In this document: in pieces, positions 1 to 9,756 of the stretch | Layout: every line of letters starts with the position of its first letter | Position numbering within the stretch: the stretch's first letter is position 1 | NCBI GenBank assembly: GCA_045535075.1 | Contig: JAZSKX010000001.1 | Location: forward strand, 32,001 to 96,000 | DNA from: Candidatus Spyradenecus sp. | Lineage (GTDB): Bacteria; Verrucomicrobiota; Verrucomicrobiia; Opitutales; UBA953 | Length of the DNA stretch: 64,000 nucleotides | Direction of reading: 5' to 3' | Notes under the pieces: generated by a model | The model's input: the letters and a program-made list of their open reading frames with translations, nothing else | What the model was told of the DNA's origin: nothing | Databases searched by the model: none | Program-made: the position numbers and the translations under genes

Positions 1-78
1 TTAAGATGGACCGGATTTGCTTGGCGTTCCCGCGGCGAAGTTAATGCCCGTATGTTTTAAAACGGGCAATCTCCCTTG

Positions 79-738
79 CTAATCGCTTACGGCTTTCCCG
101 TAAATTTCAGCTTCGATGTAGTGATTTCCGCTATCGGATGTGTTCCCGCGAGAATAAAAACGAACATAGCGCCCGCACACGCCGGCAACGGGAATGATTT
201 TTCCCGCGTGCGTTTCGATATAGACTTTATCTTCTCCTTTCCCGAGCTTGGAGGAGTTGTCGAAATCGTTATTAAAAATTGTGTTTACGTTTTTTTTGAA
301 TTCGGGATCGTCCGAGATTTGAATAACGACATCGTGGTAAACGCGTTTTTGACGATGGTAATGCCAAAGCGCGATTGCAAAAATTTCTGCGGATTCTTCC
401 AAGTCGATTTGAATCCATTGGCGTCCCGGCGCGAGTTCGACTTCGTAGCCTTCGTCGCCGTCTTTGTCTCCGTCGGTCAGGTAAGCAAGTTCGCCGACAA
501 TCGGATTTTCGTCAGAGGCGGAAACCGGCTTGCCGAGAGCAATATTTTCGCAATTCTTCGGAATTTTAATCGGCGAATTTTGCGCGGGAGCGAGTTGTTC
601 TGCGGGAACGCGAATCGGTTGCGGCGTGCCGACCAGCGCGACCGGCGGCAATTCGATTTTCAGATCGACGAGTTCTTCTTCGCCGCAGAGTGTTCCCGCG
701 GAAAGTGCAAACAGGCTAAGGCAAGTAAAGATTTTCAT
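79..738 (-). CDS. Secreted discoidin/F5-8 type C (galactose-binding-like) domain protein
   Basis: Signal peptide MKIFTCLSLFALSAG at ATG 738. Motifs NIALGKPVSAS, LTDGD, QWIQIDL, GRYVRFY and EAEIYG are typical of F5/8 type C domains. Confidence 0.75.
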   Translation of the reverse strand: MKIFTCLSLFALSAGTLCGEEELVDLKIELPPVALVGTPQPIRVPAEQLAPAQNSPIKIPKNCENIALGKPVSASDENPIVGELAYLTDGDKDGDEGYEVELAPGRQWIQIDLEESAEIFAIALWHYHRQKRVYHDVVIQISDDPEFKKNVNTIFNNDFDNSSKLGKGEDKVYIETHAGKIIPVAGVCGRYVRFYSRGNTSDSGNHYIEAEIYGKAVSD

Positions 739-754
739 AGGTCTAATAATTGGA

Positions 755-1366
755 TTAAAGAGGATTTTTTGCTCCGGGAAGCAAATTGTAAATTGAAGTG
801 CCGATAATTTTTTCAAAATCCGATTTGATTTCAAAAAGTTTTTTCCACCGCGGCAACGAAGACGCGGGAACACCGTAGCGCAGGGCGACATCGACGATCC
901 GTGTTTCCAGGAAACAAAAACCGCTCGGCAATGCCAAGCCGTCGCAAAGTTGAACAAGCCGGTCGTAATCGTCGTATTCCGTTGTCTCCAAGAATGCTTT
1001 CAGGAAAGCAACATCGCTTGCGGGAATATCAAGTTTTCCGACTCCCATGGTAATTTCGGGAATCATAAACGCATGCGAGATGCAAACTTTCGCGGCTTGC
1101 GTCCAGCCGAAGTTCATGCAGTAGCGATAGCCGTCGAGCAGGTGCTTTTCCTGAAAAATGCCTTCTCGGCGGCCGATGTCGTGCATGAGCCCGAGGACAT
1201 ACGCCGTTTCCGCGCTTAAATGCGGAATTTTTTCGGCGATTTTTTCGCAGGCGAGAGCGCAAAAACGCGAATGGGAAACCCAAGCGCCCGGATTCATCGT
1301 TCCCGCAAGTTCCAGTTCGCGTTCGGCTCGTTCCCGCGTCGGAATATTTTGAAGGAACGAAGCCAT
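755..1366 (-). CDS. HD domain protein
   Basis: WVSHS...LGLMHDIGRR...H...H...LCD metal-binding pattern. Confidence 0.85.
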   Translation of the reverse strand: MASFLQNIPTRERAERELELAGTMNPGAWVSHSRFCALACEKIAEKIPHLSAETAYVLGLMHDIGRREGIFQEKHLLDGYRYCMNFGWTQAAKVCISHAFMIPEITMGVGKLDIPASDVAFLKAFLETTEYDDYDRLVQLCDGLALPSGFCFLETRIVDVALRYGVPASSLPRWKKLFEIKSDFEKIIGTSIYNLLPGAKNPL

Positions 1367-1401
1367 CGCAAGCCGGGAAATCAGGAACGTTCGCGGGAAC
1401 G

Positions 1402-1788
1402 TTAGAGACTCAAAATACGCGCTGCGGCAAGCGCGCAGTTCGACGGCTCAAGCACGGTAAGTACCGGCGTTTTTGAAGGCATTTGGAGCGTCGAGTTGAT
1501 GTTTACAAGAAAATCGAGCTTGTCCTTAAACGGCGGGCACGCGAGCACCGGCTTTTTGGCGTTGGCGGCAACGACACCGGAGAGCGCGTTGGAACGTCCC
1601 GCGATTGTGATGAAAAGCACTTTCGGCTCGTCGTCGTGCGCTTTGACGTAGTTGTAAACGCCGACCGGATCTTTGTGCGCGCTACGAACAAAATATTCAA
1701 ATTCAACGCCTTCCGCCTTCAAGCCTTCCGCGATTTTTTCCGCGTGCGGCATGTCGGATTCCGAACCCATCAAAATGTAAGCTTTCAT
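1402..1788 (-). CDS. purE: AIR carboxylase PurE, class II-like
   Basis: ILMGSESD, SAHK and AGRSNALSG...PVLACPP; directly downstream of purC. Confidence 0.9.
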   Translation of the reverse strand: MKAYILMGSESDMPHAEKIAEGLKAEGVEFEYFVRSAHKDPVGVYNYVKAHDDEPKVLFITIAGRSNALSGVVAANAKKPVLACPPFKDKLDFLVNINSTLQMPSKTPVLTVLEPSNCALAAARILSL

Positions 1789-1803
1789 GTAAAAATCCTT
1801 TCT

Positions 1804-2718
1804 TTACGCGGATGCGAGGAGTTTTTCGAGCGCGCCGAGATAAAGCTCGCGGGATTTTTCCACGATGTCCGCCGGAAGCGCGGGAGCGGGCGGCTGCTTG
1901 TTCCAGTCGAGGCTTTCCAGATAGTCGCGTACGAATTGTTTGTCGAACGACGGCTGCGATTTGCCCGGCGCGTAGCCGGCTTGCGGCCAGTAGCGGGAAG
2001 AATCCGGCGTCAAAACTTCGTCAATGAGGAACAAATTATTTTCATCGTCGAGCCCGAATTCGAATTTCGTGTCGGCGAGAATCAAGCCCGCGTGGTCGGC
2101 GACCTTAGTTCCGAGCGCGAAGAGCTCAAGCGTAGCATTTTTAACTTTTTCAAAAACCGCGTTCCCGAGAATTTCCGCGCACTGCGCTTCGGTAATCGGC
2201 TCGTCGTGCCCCTCGGCGGCTTTAGTCGAAGGCGTGAAAATCGCTTCGGGAAGCTTTTGGCTTTCGAGCATTCCCGCCGGGAGCGCGTGGTCGAGAATCG
2301 CCTGCGTTTTCTTGTATTCCTTCCAGCCGGAACCCGCGAGATAGCCGCGAACGACGGCTTCGATCGGAAGCGGTTTCAGCTTGCGCACAAGCATCGAGCG
2401 CGCGATGAGATGCGGGAAATCCTTCAGCAATTCCGCAATCGCTTTATCGTGCTCGGGAGCGAGGTGCGTCGGCATAATTTTCGCCGCCTGTTCAAACCAC
2501 CAAAGGCTGATTTGCGTGAGCAAAACGCCTTTGCCGGGAACGCCGTTCGGCATAATTGCGTCAAACGCGGAAATGCGGTCGGTCGCGACAATCAGAATCT
2601 TGTCGCCGAGATCAAAAATTTCGCGCACTTTTCCGGAGGCGATTTTTTTGAAGGGAAGACCTTCGACATTCATAAGCGCCTCGGTCGGCAGGCTGTTGCG
2701 GATTTCTGCGATGTTCAT
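1804..2718 (-). CDS. purC: SAICAR synthetase
   Basis: SGKVREIF, TDRISAFD, FTPSTKA, ADTKFEFG, DEVLTPDSSRYW, FDKQFVRD. Confidence 0.97.
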   Translation of the reverse strand: MNIAEIRNSLPTEALMNVEGLPFKKIASGKVREIFDLGDKILIVATDRISAFDAIMPNGVPGKGVLLTQISLWWFEQAAKIMPTHLAPEHDKAIAELLKDFPHLIARSMLVRKLKPLPIEAVVRGYLAGSGWKEYKKTQAILDHALPAGMLESQKLPEAIFTPSTKAAEGHDEPITEAQCAEILGNAVFEKVKNATLELFALGTKVADHAGLILADTKFEFGLDDENNLFLIDEVLTPDSSRYWPQAGYAPGKSQPSFDKQFVRDYLESLDWNKQPPAPALPADIVEKSRELYLGALEKLLASA

Positions 2719-2820
2719 AACTAAAGGAAAATTGAAGGATTATCATAACCTATTTTCCGCGCCCTGAAAGCGAAATTTTTCCGTTCCCGCGGGAAACGCG
2801 AAGTTCGTTTCCCCGGACAC

Positions 2821-2858
2821 AAAAATCCCGCTTAGATAACAATCTAAACGGGATTTTT
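2821..2858 (-). terminator. Intrinsic terminator after tRNA-His
   Basis: AAAAATCCCGCTTAGAT...ATCTAAACGGGATTTTT inverted repeat immediately 3' of the tRNA. Confidence 0.75.
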
Positions 2859-2861
2859 AAA

Positions 2862-2939
2862 TGGGGTGGAAAACGGGATTCGAACCCGCGACCCTCGGAA
2901 CCACAATCCGATGCTCTAACCGACTGAGCTACTTCCACC
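2862..2939 (-). tRNA. tRNA-His (GTG)
   Basis: Cloverleaf on the minus strand: G-1, acceptor GTGGAAG/TTTCCAC, anticodon arm TCGGA-TTGTGGT-TCCGA, GGTTCGAATCC T-arm, C73 and encoded CCA. Confidence 0.96.
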
Positions 2940-3002
2940 GTGAAATTGAGCGCCAATCAAATCAGGTTTACCGGAATTTGTCAAGCAGGAGTTCCCGCAG
3001 GA

Positions 3003-3953
3003 TTATTTCCCGATAAGCGATTCGCGGTAAAGCGTGCAAAGGTGCAAGCCTGCCATGCGCACGGCAACGCCGTTGGTTACTTGCTTTAAAATCACGGAAC
3101 GCGGACCGTCGGCGATTTCCGATTCGACTTCGACTCCGCGGTTAATCGGTCCCGGATGCATAATAATTGCTTCCGGCTTCATCCAAGCGAGCCGCTCTTC
3201 ATTGATGCCGAAGAGCGCCGTGTATTCTCCGAGCGACGGGAAATGCGTTGTCGTTTGGCGCTCGTGTTGGATACGAAGCAACATAACGGCATCGGCTTCG
3301 GAGAGTGCGGATTTTAAGTCGTGGGCGACGCGAACGCCCGGGTAATTGCCGAATTCCTGAGGAACGAGCGTAATCGGTCCGGCAAGGGTTACTTCGACGC
3401 CGAGCTTTGTGAGGCAATGAATATTGGATCGGGCGACACGAGAGAACAGAATGTCGCCGAGAATCGTAACTTTTTTTCCGCGCAAATCGCGTCCGAAGTG
3501 TTCCCGCAGAGTAAAGGCATCGAGCAGGGCTTGAGTCGGGTGCGCGTGTGCGCCGTCGCCGGCGTTGATGACGGGAATGTCCAGCACGTTTGCCAAGTAG
3601 GCGGCGGCACCGGCAGCCGAGTGTCGCATAATGACCATGTCAACGCCCATCGCGCGAATGTTGCGCGCAGTGTCGCGGAGCGTTTCTCCCTTGGTGCGGG
3701 AAGACGTGGATTCGCTGAGCGTGAGCAGGTCTGCGCCCAGATTGCGTGCCGCGACTTCAAATGCGGAGCGCGTGCGCGTGGAGGGTTCGAAGAAAAATGT
3801 GCCGACGGTATGGTTTTTCAGCGTGTCGAATTTTTTACGTGTCCCGAACGAGGCTTTAAAAATTTCGGCTTGGGCGAAAAGCGTTTCGAGTTCTTCGACG
3901 GAAACGGATTCGATGTCGATGAGGTCTTTGCGATTCCAGATGGCTTGGCTCAT
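3003..3953 (-). CDS. pyrB: Aspartate carbamoyltransferase catalytic subunit
   Basis: FFEPSTRT, KGETLRDT, INAGDG..HPTQALLD, LRIQHER, MHPGPINRGVE. Confidence 0.97.
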   Translation of the reverse strand: MSQAIWNRKDLIDIESVSVEELETLFAQAEIFKASFGTRKKFDTLKNHTVGTFFFEPSTRTRSAFEVAARNLGADLLTLSESTSSRTKGETLRDTARNIRAMGVDMVIMRHSAAGAAAYLANVLDIPVINAGDGAHAHPTQALLDAFTLREHFGRDLRGKKVTILGDILFSRVARSNIHCLTKLGVEVTLAGPITLVPQEFGNYPGVRVAHDLKSALSEADAVMLLRIQHERQTTTHFPSLGEYTALFGINEERLAWMKPEAIIMHPGPINRGVEVESEIADGPRSVILKQVTNGVAVRMAGLHLCTLYRESLIGK

Positions 3954-4103
3954 GAATGAAAGATTTGAACGTGTTTGTGTGAATGCGGGAACGCCCGTCT
4001 TCGGAGCAAGGATTTTTTCTTATGGCCGGGAACGCCGCAATAAAATTTTTAATGTGAAAAAAAGACGTTTGCCAAATCGGACGAAATTTGAGGTTTTGAA
4101 GCT

Positions 4104-4577
4104 ATGAAAAAAATTCTCTTTGTTTGCCTCGGAAATATTTGCCGTTCCCCGGCTGCGGACGGCATTTTTGCCGGATTGATTGAAGCCGCCGGATTGGCGG
4201 GAACGCTTGCTTGCGATTCTTGCGGCACCGGCGACTGGCACATCGGAGATTTGCCGGATTCGCGAATGCGAGCGGCGGGAACGCGGCGCGGTTACCGTTT
4301 TGCGCATCGTGCGCGCCAACTTTGCCGTGCCGACTACGGCGATTTCGATCTCATTATCGCGATGGATGCGCAAAATCGACGCGACATTCTTGAGCGTGCA
4401 CCGCAAGGATTTGATGCATCCAAGGTCGTGCTTTTCACGGATTTTTGCTCGGGAAAATTCGAAAAACTTTCCGGTGTTCCCGATCCGTATTGGAGCGATG
4501 ATGACGGGTTTGAGCACGTGCTTGATATTCTCGAAAACGGCTGTGCGAACCTCTTGGAGAAAATGAAAAATGCCTAA
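4104..4577 (+). CDS. Low molecular weight protein-tyrosine phosphatase
   Basis: VCLGNICRSP active-site loop and DPY motif. Confidence 0.95.
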   Translation: MKKILFVCLGNICRSPAADGIFAGLIEAAGLAGTLACDSCGTGDWHIGDLPDSRMRAAGTRRGYRFAHRARQLCRADYGDFDLIIAMDAQNRRDILERAPQGFDASKVVLFTDFCSGKFEKLSGVPDPYWSDDDGFEHVLDILENGCANLLEKMKNA

Positions 4578-5946
4578 TGCAATGAATCCGATGAATTGGG
4601 ATCGCCTGATTGCTCCCGCAAGATGGGACGAGTCCCGCCGACCGGGGACGCTTTTCGATGTGCGGGAACGCTCCGAAGGGGATTCCAGAAATCCGTTCGA
4701 ACGCGATTACGGGCGGATTTTGTATTCGTCGGCGTTTCGGCGTTTGCAGGATAAAACGCAGGTATTTCCGCTTGGGCGTAATGATTACGTGCGCACGCGA
4801 CTGACGCACAGCCTTGAAGTCGCTTACGTCGGACGCTCGCTTGGCGAAGCGCTCGGCAATCGTTTGGCGGAAAGTGTTTTTGCGGAAGCTCCGTTTGCGG
4901 CACGCCTCGGAGCTTATGTCGGCGCGGCGGTCGGGTCGGCTTGCTTGGCGCATGACATCGGGAATCCGCCGTTCGGTCATGCCGGGGAAAACGCGATAGA
5001 GGATGCTTTTAAAAAGCGCGGGCACGCCGTTGCGTTCGAGGGAAATGCGCAGGGATTTCGTCTTCTGACAAAAATCGGGGGCGATTCCATGGGCGGCTTC
5101 GGGTTGAAATTAACGGCGGGAACACTCGGCGCGTTTATGAAATATCCGTGTTCGGAAAGTTATCGCCGGGCGGTGAAAGGCAACACGGTCGTTCCCGTAA
5201 ATAAGCTTGAATCCAAGAAGTTCAGTTTTGCGGATACGGAGATTGAGGCGGCGCGATTTGTCGCCGAAGCCTGTGCCTTACCCGTGCGAGAAGACACGGG
5301 AACGCTACTTGCATTTGCGCGTCATCCCTTCGCATTTCTCGTCGAAGCGGCAGACGATTTGTGCTACCTGATTGCCGATTTGGAAGATGCGTTTAACAAC
5401 AAAATAATTTCCTACGACGAAGCGAAAAAATTCCTGAGTGCGTTTTGGGAAAAAGATGTGCAGGCGACGGAAATTAGCTTGCGCTTGGAAATGTCGGAAA
5501 ATCGGGAGTCTCTCCGAAGTGCGGTTAATTTCATGAGGGCGACGGCGATCGGAAAAGGCATTCGCGCCGCAAGCCGGGCGTTTGCCGAAAATGAATCCGC
5601 CATTCTCGCGGGAACGGCGGAGCAGGGGCTTTTTGAAATGTCTTCTCTGAAAAACGAAATCGGCGCATTACGAAAATTTTCCGTGAAGAAAATTTACAGC
5701 GCGCAATCCGTGGAGTCTGTGGAACTGATGGGATTTCAGGTGATGCAATCGCTGGCTGATTTTTTCCTGGACTGGGTTGAAAATCCCGGCAACGTCAAAG
5801 GGCAAAAAACCGCTTCCGTTTTCAAGCTGAAAGACGCGGGAACGGCGGAATCGCGTGTCCGTGAGGTTGTCGATTACATTTCCGGAATGACGGATTCGTT
5901 TGCGCTCAGCACTTACCGGAAAATCAACGGCATTGCCGATTTGTAA
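4570..5946 (+). CDS. dgt: dNTP triphosphohydrolase (dGTPase family)
   Basis: RDYGRILYSSAFRRLQDKTQVF, RTRLTHSLEV, AHDIGNPPFGHAGE, EAADDLCY, DYISGMTD. Confidence 0.93.
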   Translation: MPNAMNPMNWDRLIAPARWDESRRPGTLFDVRERSEGDSRNPFERDYGRILYSSAFRRLQDKTQVFPLGRNDYVRTRLTHSLEVAYVGRSLGEALGNRLAESVFAEAPFAARLGAYVGAAVGSACLAHDIGNPPFGHAGENAIEDAFKKRGHAVAFEGNAQGFRLLTKIGGDSMGGFGLKLTAGTLGAFMKYPCSESYRRAVKGNTVVPVNKLESKKFSFADTEIEAARFVAEACALPVREDTGTLLAFARHPFAFLVEAADDLCYLIADLEDAFNNKIISYDEAKKFLSAFWEKDVQATEISLRLEMSENRESLRSAVNFMRATAIGKGIRAASRAFAENESAILAGTAEQGLFEMSSLKNEIGALRKFSVKKIYSAQSVESVELMGFQVMQSLADFFLDWVENPGNVKGQKTASVFKLKDAGTAESRVREVVDYISGMTDSFALSTYRKINGIADL

Positions 5947-5968
5947 AAAAACTGCGGGAACGACGCTC

Positions 5969-7597
5969 TTATCGGCGCGTCGTTTCCGTGGTCAGGAAGA
6001 TTTTCTTTTCCGTGCCGGCGGGAACTTCGACGTCCCAGTAAATTAGCCCGGTTTTATTGTCGAGTACATAGCCCGGCGTGGTTGCGGGAACGTGCTCAAG
6101 CGGTTCTTTCAGAATTGAGATTTTGACATCGTCGATTTCGGAAACTTTGATTTGCGCACGCAGGCGGATTTTGCAGGGTTTATCCGTGAAATTTGCCAGG
6201 GTAAAAATATCGCCTTCGGCGGTGGAATTGCTTGCCGAGGAGAAAAATTTATTGGTTTCTCCCCGATAGGGAGTAATCGGCTCGACGGCGGCGGAAAGCC
6301 CGTCGATTGTTCCCGCGAAAAACGCGAATTCTTCGCCGACGGGCGTGTATTTCAGTGAAGACTCACCGATAAATCCGGAATTGCGGTAAATTCCGACTTT
6401 CCCCGCGAGAATCGGATATTCGGTGGCGTTTTTCGCAAGCGCGCGCAGGTAAACGCCGTTGCGCAATTGCGGAGCGGCTTCGTAGTTCAGCTCGATTTTT
6501 TCAAAACGCTTTTCCGTGATGGTGACTCCGTGCGCCTGATTGCCCGACAAAATATTTTGCGCGCTGCTAATTTCAAACGTAACAGAGGCTCCTTGCGTGC
6601 GAACGGAAGAGAAGTTCTCTGCGGGAACGCTTGTTGCGCCGCCGCGCCCCGGCTGTACGGCGGGTGATGCGGGTACGGCTTCCTGCGTAACGACAATTTC
6701 ACGTTGCTTGTCTTGTTGCGCTTTTCCCGTAAGTTCGATCGGGCGGATTTTCGGCGGGAGCGCACTGGTTTGCGGCTGTGCCGTCGAGAGCGTCAGTCGG
6801 ACATTTTCCCAGTTCTCTCCGGTGTTTTGATAAACCATGCCGTCGTAAGCGAAATTGAGTGTTCCCGCGCTCGCATCAAGATGCGTATCATAATGCGGAA
6901 CCCAATGCGCATTTCGAGTCGTGTAAGCGACGGGAATTTCCGCTTTCATTGCTTTTTCCGCCTTGACTGTTACGATCAGCGTAAGAGATTTCCGGGCGTT
7001 TCCCGCTCCGTAAAGCGTATTCAATTCTTCATTACGTTTTGAAATTTCGTTTGTTACTTTGCGCAACGCGTTTTCACATTCGTAGCTTTGCCGGGCATTT
7101 TCTTCGATATGCTTTTTCAGAAGAACCGCATCGTTTTCCCGCGAGGCGACGGAAGCGCCGTCAACCGGGCTTCCGGTGACGCTTCGTGAGAAATCTTGGA
7201 TTGCGTTGTCAACAAAGCGGCGTTGCGATTCCAGCGCTTTTTTTTGTTCTGCGAGGCGGCTTGATTCATCTTGCAGTTTTTCGAGCTCAGATTCCAGTTC
7301 GGCGATTTTTGCGTTATCAACGGATTGCGAGACATGGTGTTCCCAGCTGACGCCCAGAATCTCGACTCCTGCGGGGATTTCCGTTCCCGCGCGAATCGAA
7401 CGCAAGTCAATATTGTCGCGAATCCCGGGAAATTCGATTTCGTTTTTCCCGGCGGCGAGTGATGCCGTTCCCGCGCGCGTGATGACGGCGCGGTCTGTGA
7501 AAACGGAAACGGACTTTACGGAGTGCTCGACGGCTTCGGCAAAAAGCGTAAACGGAGCGATCGAGCAGGCGAGTAAAACAGCGGAAAATTTTTTCAT
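5969..7597 (-). CDS. Secreted DUF4140/DUF4139 (MuiA-like) protein
   Basis: Signal peptide, VSVFTDRAVITR, a coiled coil, and W.PHYD...YQNTGENWENVRLTLSTAQP. Confidence 0.85.
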   Translation of the reverse strand: MKKFSAVLLACSIAPFTLFAEAVEHSVKSVSVFTDRAVITRAGTASLAAGKNEIEFPGIRDNIDLRSIRAGTEIPAGVEILGVSWEHHVSQSVDNAKIAELESELEKLQDESSRLAEQKKALESQRRFVDNAIQDFSRSVTGSPVDGASVASRENDAVLLKKHIEENARQSYECENALRKVTNEISKRNEELNTLYGAGNARKSLTLIVTVKAEKAMKAEIPVAYTTRNAHWVPHYDTHLDASAGTLNFAYDGMVYQNTGENWENVRLTLSTAQPQTSALPPKIRPIELTGKAQQDKQREIVVTQEAVPASPAVQPGRGGATSVPAENFSSVRTQGASVTFEISSAQNILSGNQAHGVTITEKRFEKIELNYEAAPQLRNGVYLRALAKNATEYPILAGKVGIYRNSGFIGESSLKYTPVGEEFAFFAGTIDGLSAAVEPITPYRGETNKFFSSASNSTAEGDIFTLANFTDKPCKIRLRAQIKVSEIDDVKISILKEPLEHVPATTPGYVLDNKTGLIYWDVEVPAGTEKKIFLTTETTRR

Positions 7598-7617
7598 AAC
7601 AGAAAATATTTCGAGAG

Positions 7618-9534
7618 TTAACGGGAACGTTCTTCGAGAATGAAATTCATCGGATATTCAAGCGTGTAGCGGACATTTAGTTTGGTTTCCTGTGACGGAG
7701 CCAGGCTTTCGCTCCACTGCGCAATGCCGGTTTCTGCGTTGAATCTGGCGCTCGGAGAAAAGTTCGGTTCGGAAATTTCAATTTTGTCCGTCGAGCTTCG
7801 GGGAATCGCTTCGTCGCAAACAACGCGAATCGACTCCGGAGTCCGGTTACGGATGAGGATTTCCGTTGAAACGCGATTGCGTCGGGAATGCGTAAACGTC
7901 CCGACAGTGTCAATGTCGTTGAGCTTTTGCCGCTCGACGAGAATACGCGGGTCAACACCGAGCGGAATCAGGATTTTCCCGTCGCGTTGAGTGTAGGGCA
8001 AATCCATTTCGCCGATGAAATCCGCGCCGTAGAAAATATTGGCAGGACCGGCGAGAATGGGTCGGAAGCGTTTGTTTTCGACGGCGAGCATTTGGTACGC
8101 GTTTGTGTTAATTGCGGGAACGATTTGATAATAGAAATCGCCGGAAAATGTTTCCGAGGAAAGCAAATAGCGGTGCGGCGTTCCCGTGGACGGAATGTTT
8201 TCCGTTCGCGCAAGTTCGTAGCGAAAATCCAAGCCGCGTAAATTCTCGGAAGGATCGCGCAGGCGCGCATGCGGAATTTTATCGCCCGGCGTGCCGGAAT
8301 TTTTAGCGGTCTGACTAATTTCAAGAATTTCTCCTGCCGCAACTTTTTCCAAAACACCTTCCGAGTTCAGAAAAACGTAATTGCCGTCCGAGAAACGAAT
8401 GTTCTGAGCATTTTGAACCGTTCTGCCGTTTGCCAGTCTGACGCAATTTCCGACGGGAACGTTGCTGACAACGTAGCGCGCGCGGCGGGATGGTTCGAAA
8501 GTTCTCCTGTCGGCGACATCTTCTTCCGCCATGATACTTTCGATTTCTCCCGCGCTTCCGCCGTCGGACTTGAAGGATTTTGACGATGCGTAATTCCACC
8601 GGGACTGAAAACGTTCCGTCACCAAATGCTTTTTAAACTCGGGTAAATCCGAAGAAACGGTCGGGCGCGCCGTTGAGAGCGTCACGGGAACGTTCGCCCA
8701 ATCTTCTCCCGTTTGTTGAGCTACAACGCCGTAAGCGACAAGACGCGTTGTTTTATCCGACGAATCGACAATCATGTCGTAACTCGGGCGCCACGACGCC
8801 GAATTCACCATGTAATGAACATCGAGTTTTCCCGAAGCATTCGAGTTCGCGATAATTTTCAGTATTAACCGGGAACTTGCAGTTCGGTTGTATGCTTGTA
8901 ATTTCTTATTTTCGCTGAGCGCAATTTCCAAATTGAGCTGTTCCCGTTCCTGCTCTTTTTGTAACAATCGAATTCGGGAACGTGTTTTCTGCATTTCGTT
9001 TAAAATAAAATCGGAATCGCGTATGACGGCTTGTACGTCGATTACTTTGAGCTCGCCTTTATTGCGCGCGGGAGACGCGGTATTGTTTTTCAGGCGCTCG
9101 TAAAAATTTGTCAGTCGTGAAATTTGAGTGTTAACGGCGGCTATTTTGCTTCTGAGGCGGTTGATTTCTTCCTGCAGTTTTGCGGCGGCTTCGCCGTTCC
9201 CGTGCGCATGTGCGTAATGCAGTCTGGAACTCACGGAAACAATTCGGGCTTCGGGAATGGAGGTTTCGGCGGTAATGCTCGCGGGATTGATGCCTGCCGG
9301 AAACCCTTCAAGTATGATTTCCTGCTCGCCGGCTTTTAAATGAACTTCTGCCGTGCGCGTTATGCGTGCTCCCTGCGGGAAAACGATGACGGAGGCAATT
9401 CGTGTCGCAACGGCAGATTCCGCCGCGTTTTCTGCGACGGGAACGGGTGCCGCGGGAACGCTTTCTTGCGCGGAAAGAAAAGGAAGCAATGAAAAAAAGG
9501 CGAGTGCGGAGCCAAGGATAATTTTCGGAGTCAT
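7618..9534 (-). CDS. Secreted DUF4140/DUF4139 (MuiA-like) protein, tandem paralog
   Basis: Signal peptide, VIVFPQGARITR, a coiled coil, and SWRPSYD...QQTGEDWANVPVTLSTARP. Confidence 0.85.
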   Translation of the reverse strand: MTPKIILGSALAFFSLLPFLSAQESVPAAPVPVAENAAESAVATRIASVIVFPQGARITRTAEVHLKAGEQEIILEGFPAGINPASITAETSIPEARIVSVSSRLHYAHAHGNGEAAAKLQEEINRLRSKIAAVNTQISRLTNFYERLKNNTASPARNKGELKVIDVQAVIRDSDFILNEMQKTRSRIRLLQKEQEREQLNLEIALSENKKLQAYNRTASSRLILKIIANSNASGKLDVHYMVNSASWRPSYDMIVDSSDKTTRLVAYGVVAQQTGEDWANVPVTLSTARPTVSSDLPEFKKHLVTERFQSRWNYASSKSFKSDGGSAGEIESIMAEEDVADRRTFEPSRRARYVVSNVPVGNCVRLANGRTVQNAQNIRFSDGNYVFLNSEGVLEKVAAGEILEISQTAKNSGTPGDKIPHARLRDPSENLRGLDFRYELARTENIPSTGTPHRYLLSSETFSGDFYYQIVPAINTNAYQMLAVENKRFRPILAGPANIFYGADFIGEMDLPYTQRDGKILIPLGVDPRILVERQKLNDIDTVGTFTHSRRNRVSTEILIRNRTPESIRVVCDEAIPRSSTDKIEISEPNFSPSARFNAETGIAQWSESLAPSQETKLNVRYTLEYPMNFILEERSR

Positions 9535-9634
9535 AAGTCAAGGCAAGTTTAATAAAAACAAAGCGGCATTGTCAGCGACATTTGTCTGATTTCTAAGGCT
9601 TTCCGAAGACTTTTTAGACGCGAAATTCTCGGAT

Positions 9635-9674
9635 AAAAATCAAACGGGCGCCTCCTCTCGGAAACGCCCGCTTT
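9635..9674 (-). terminator. Probable terminator downstream of panC
   Basis: CGGGCG/CGCCCG stem followed by TTTGATTTTT on the minus strand. Confidence 0.5.
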
Positions 9675-9756
9675 CACACTAACTCTTTACTCTACTGACT
9701 CTCTGAACACTGATTAAGCGGCGTGTTTGCAGGTTTTTGTTTTTTATATTTCGACT

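Noticed and set aside
2750..2956. 68-aa ORF
   Set aside because: Overlaps tRNA-His and its terminator.
4570..5946. dGTPase as an anti-phage defence gene
   Set aside because: Housekeeping context, coupled to the LMW-PTP gene, with normal motif density and no neighbouring defence genes.
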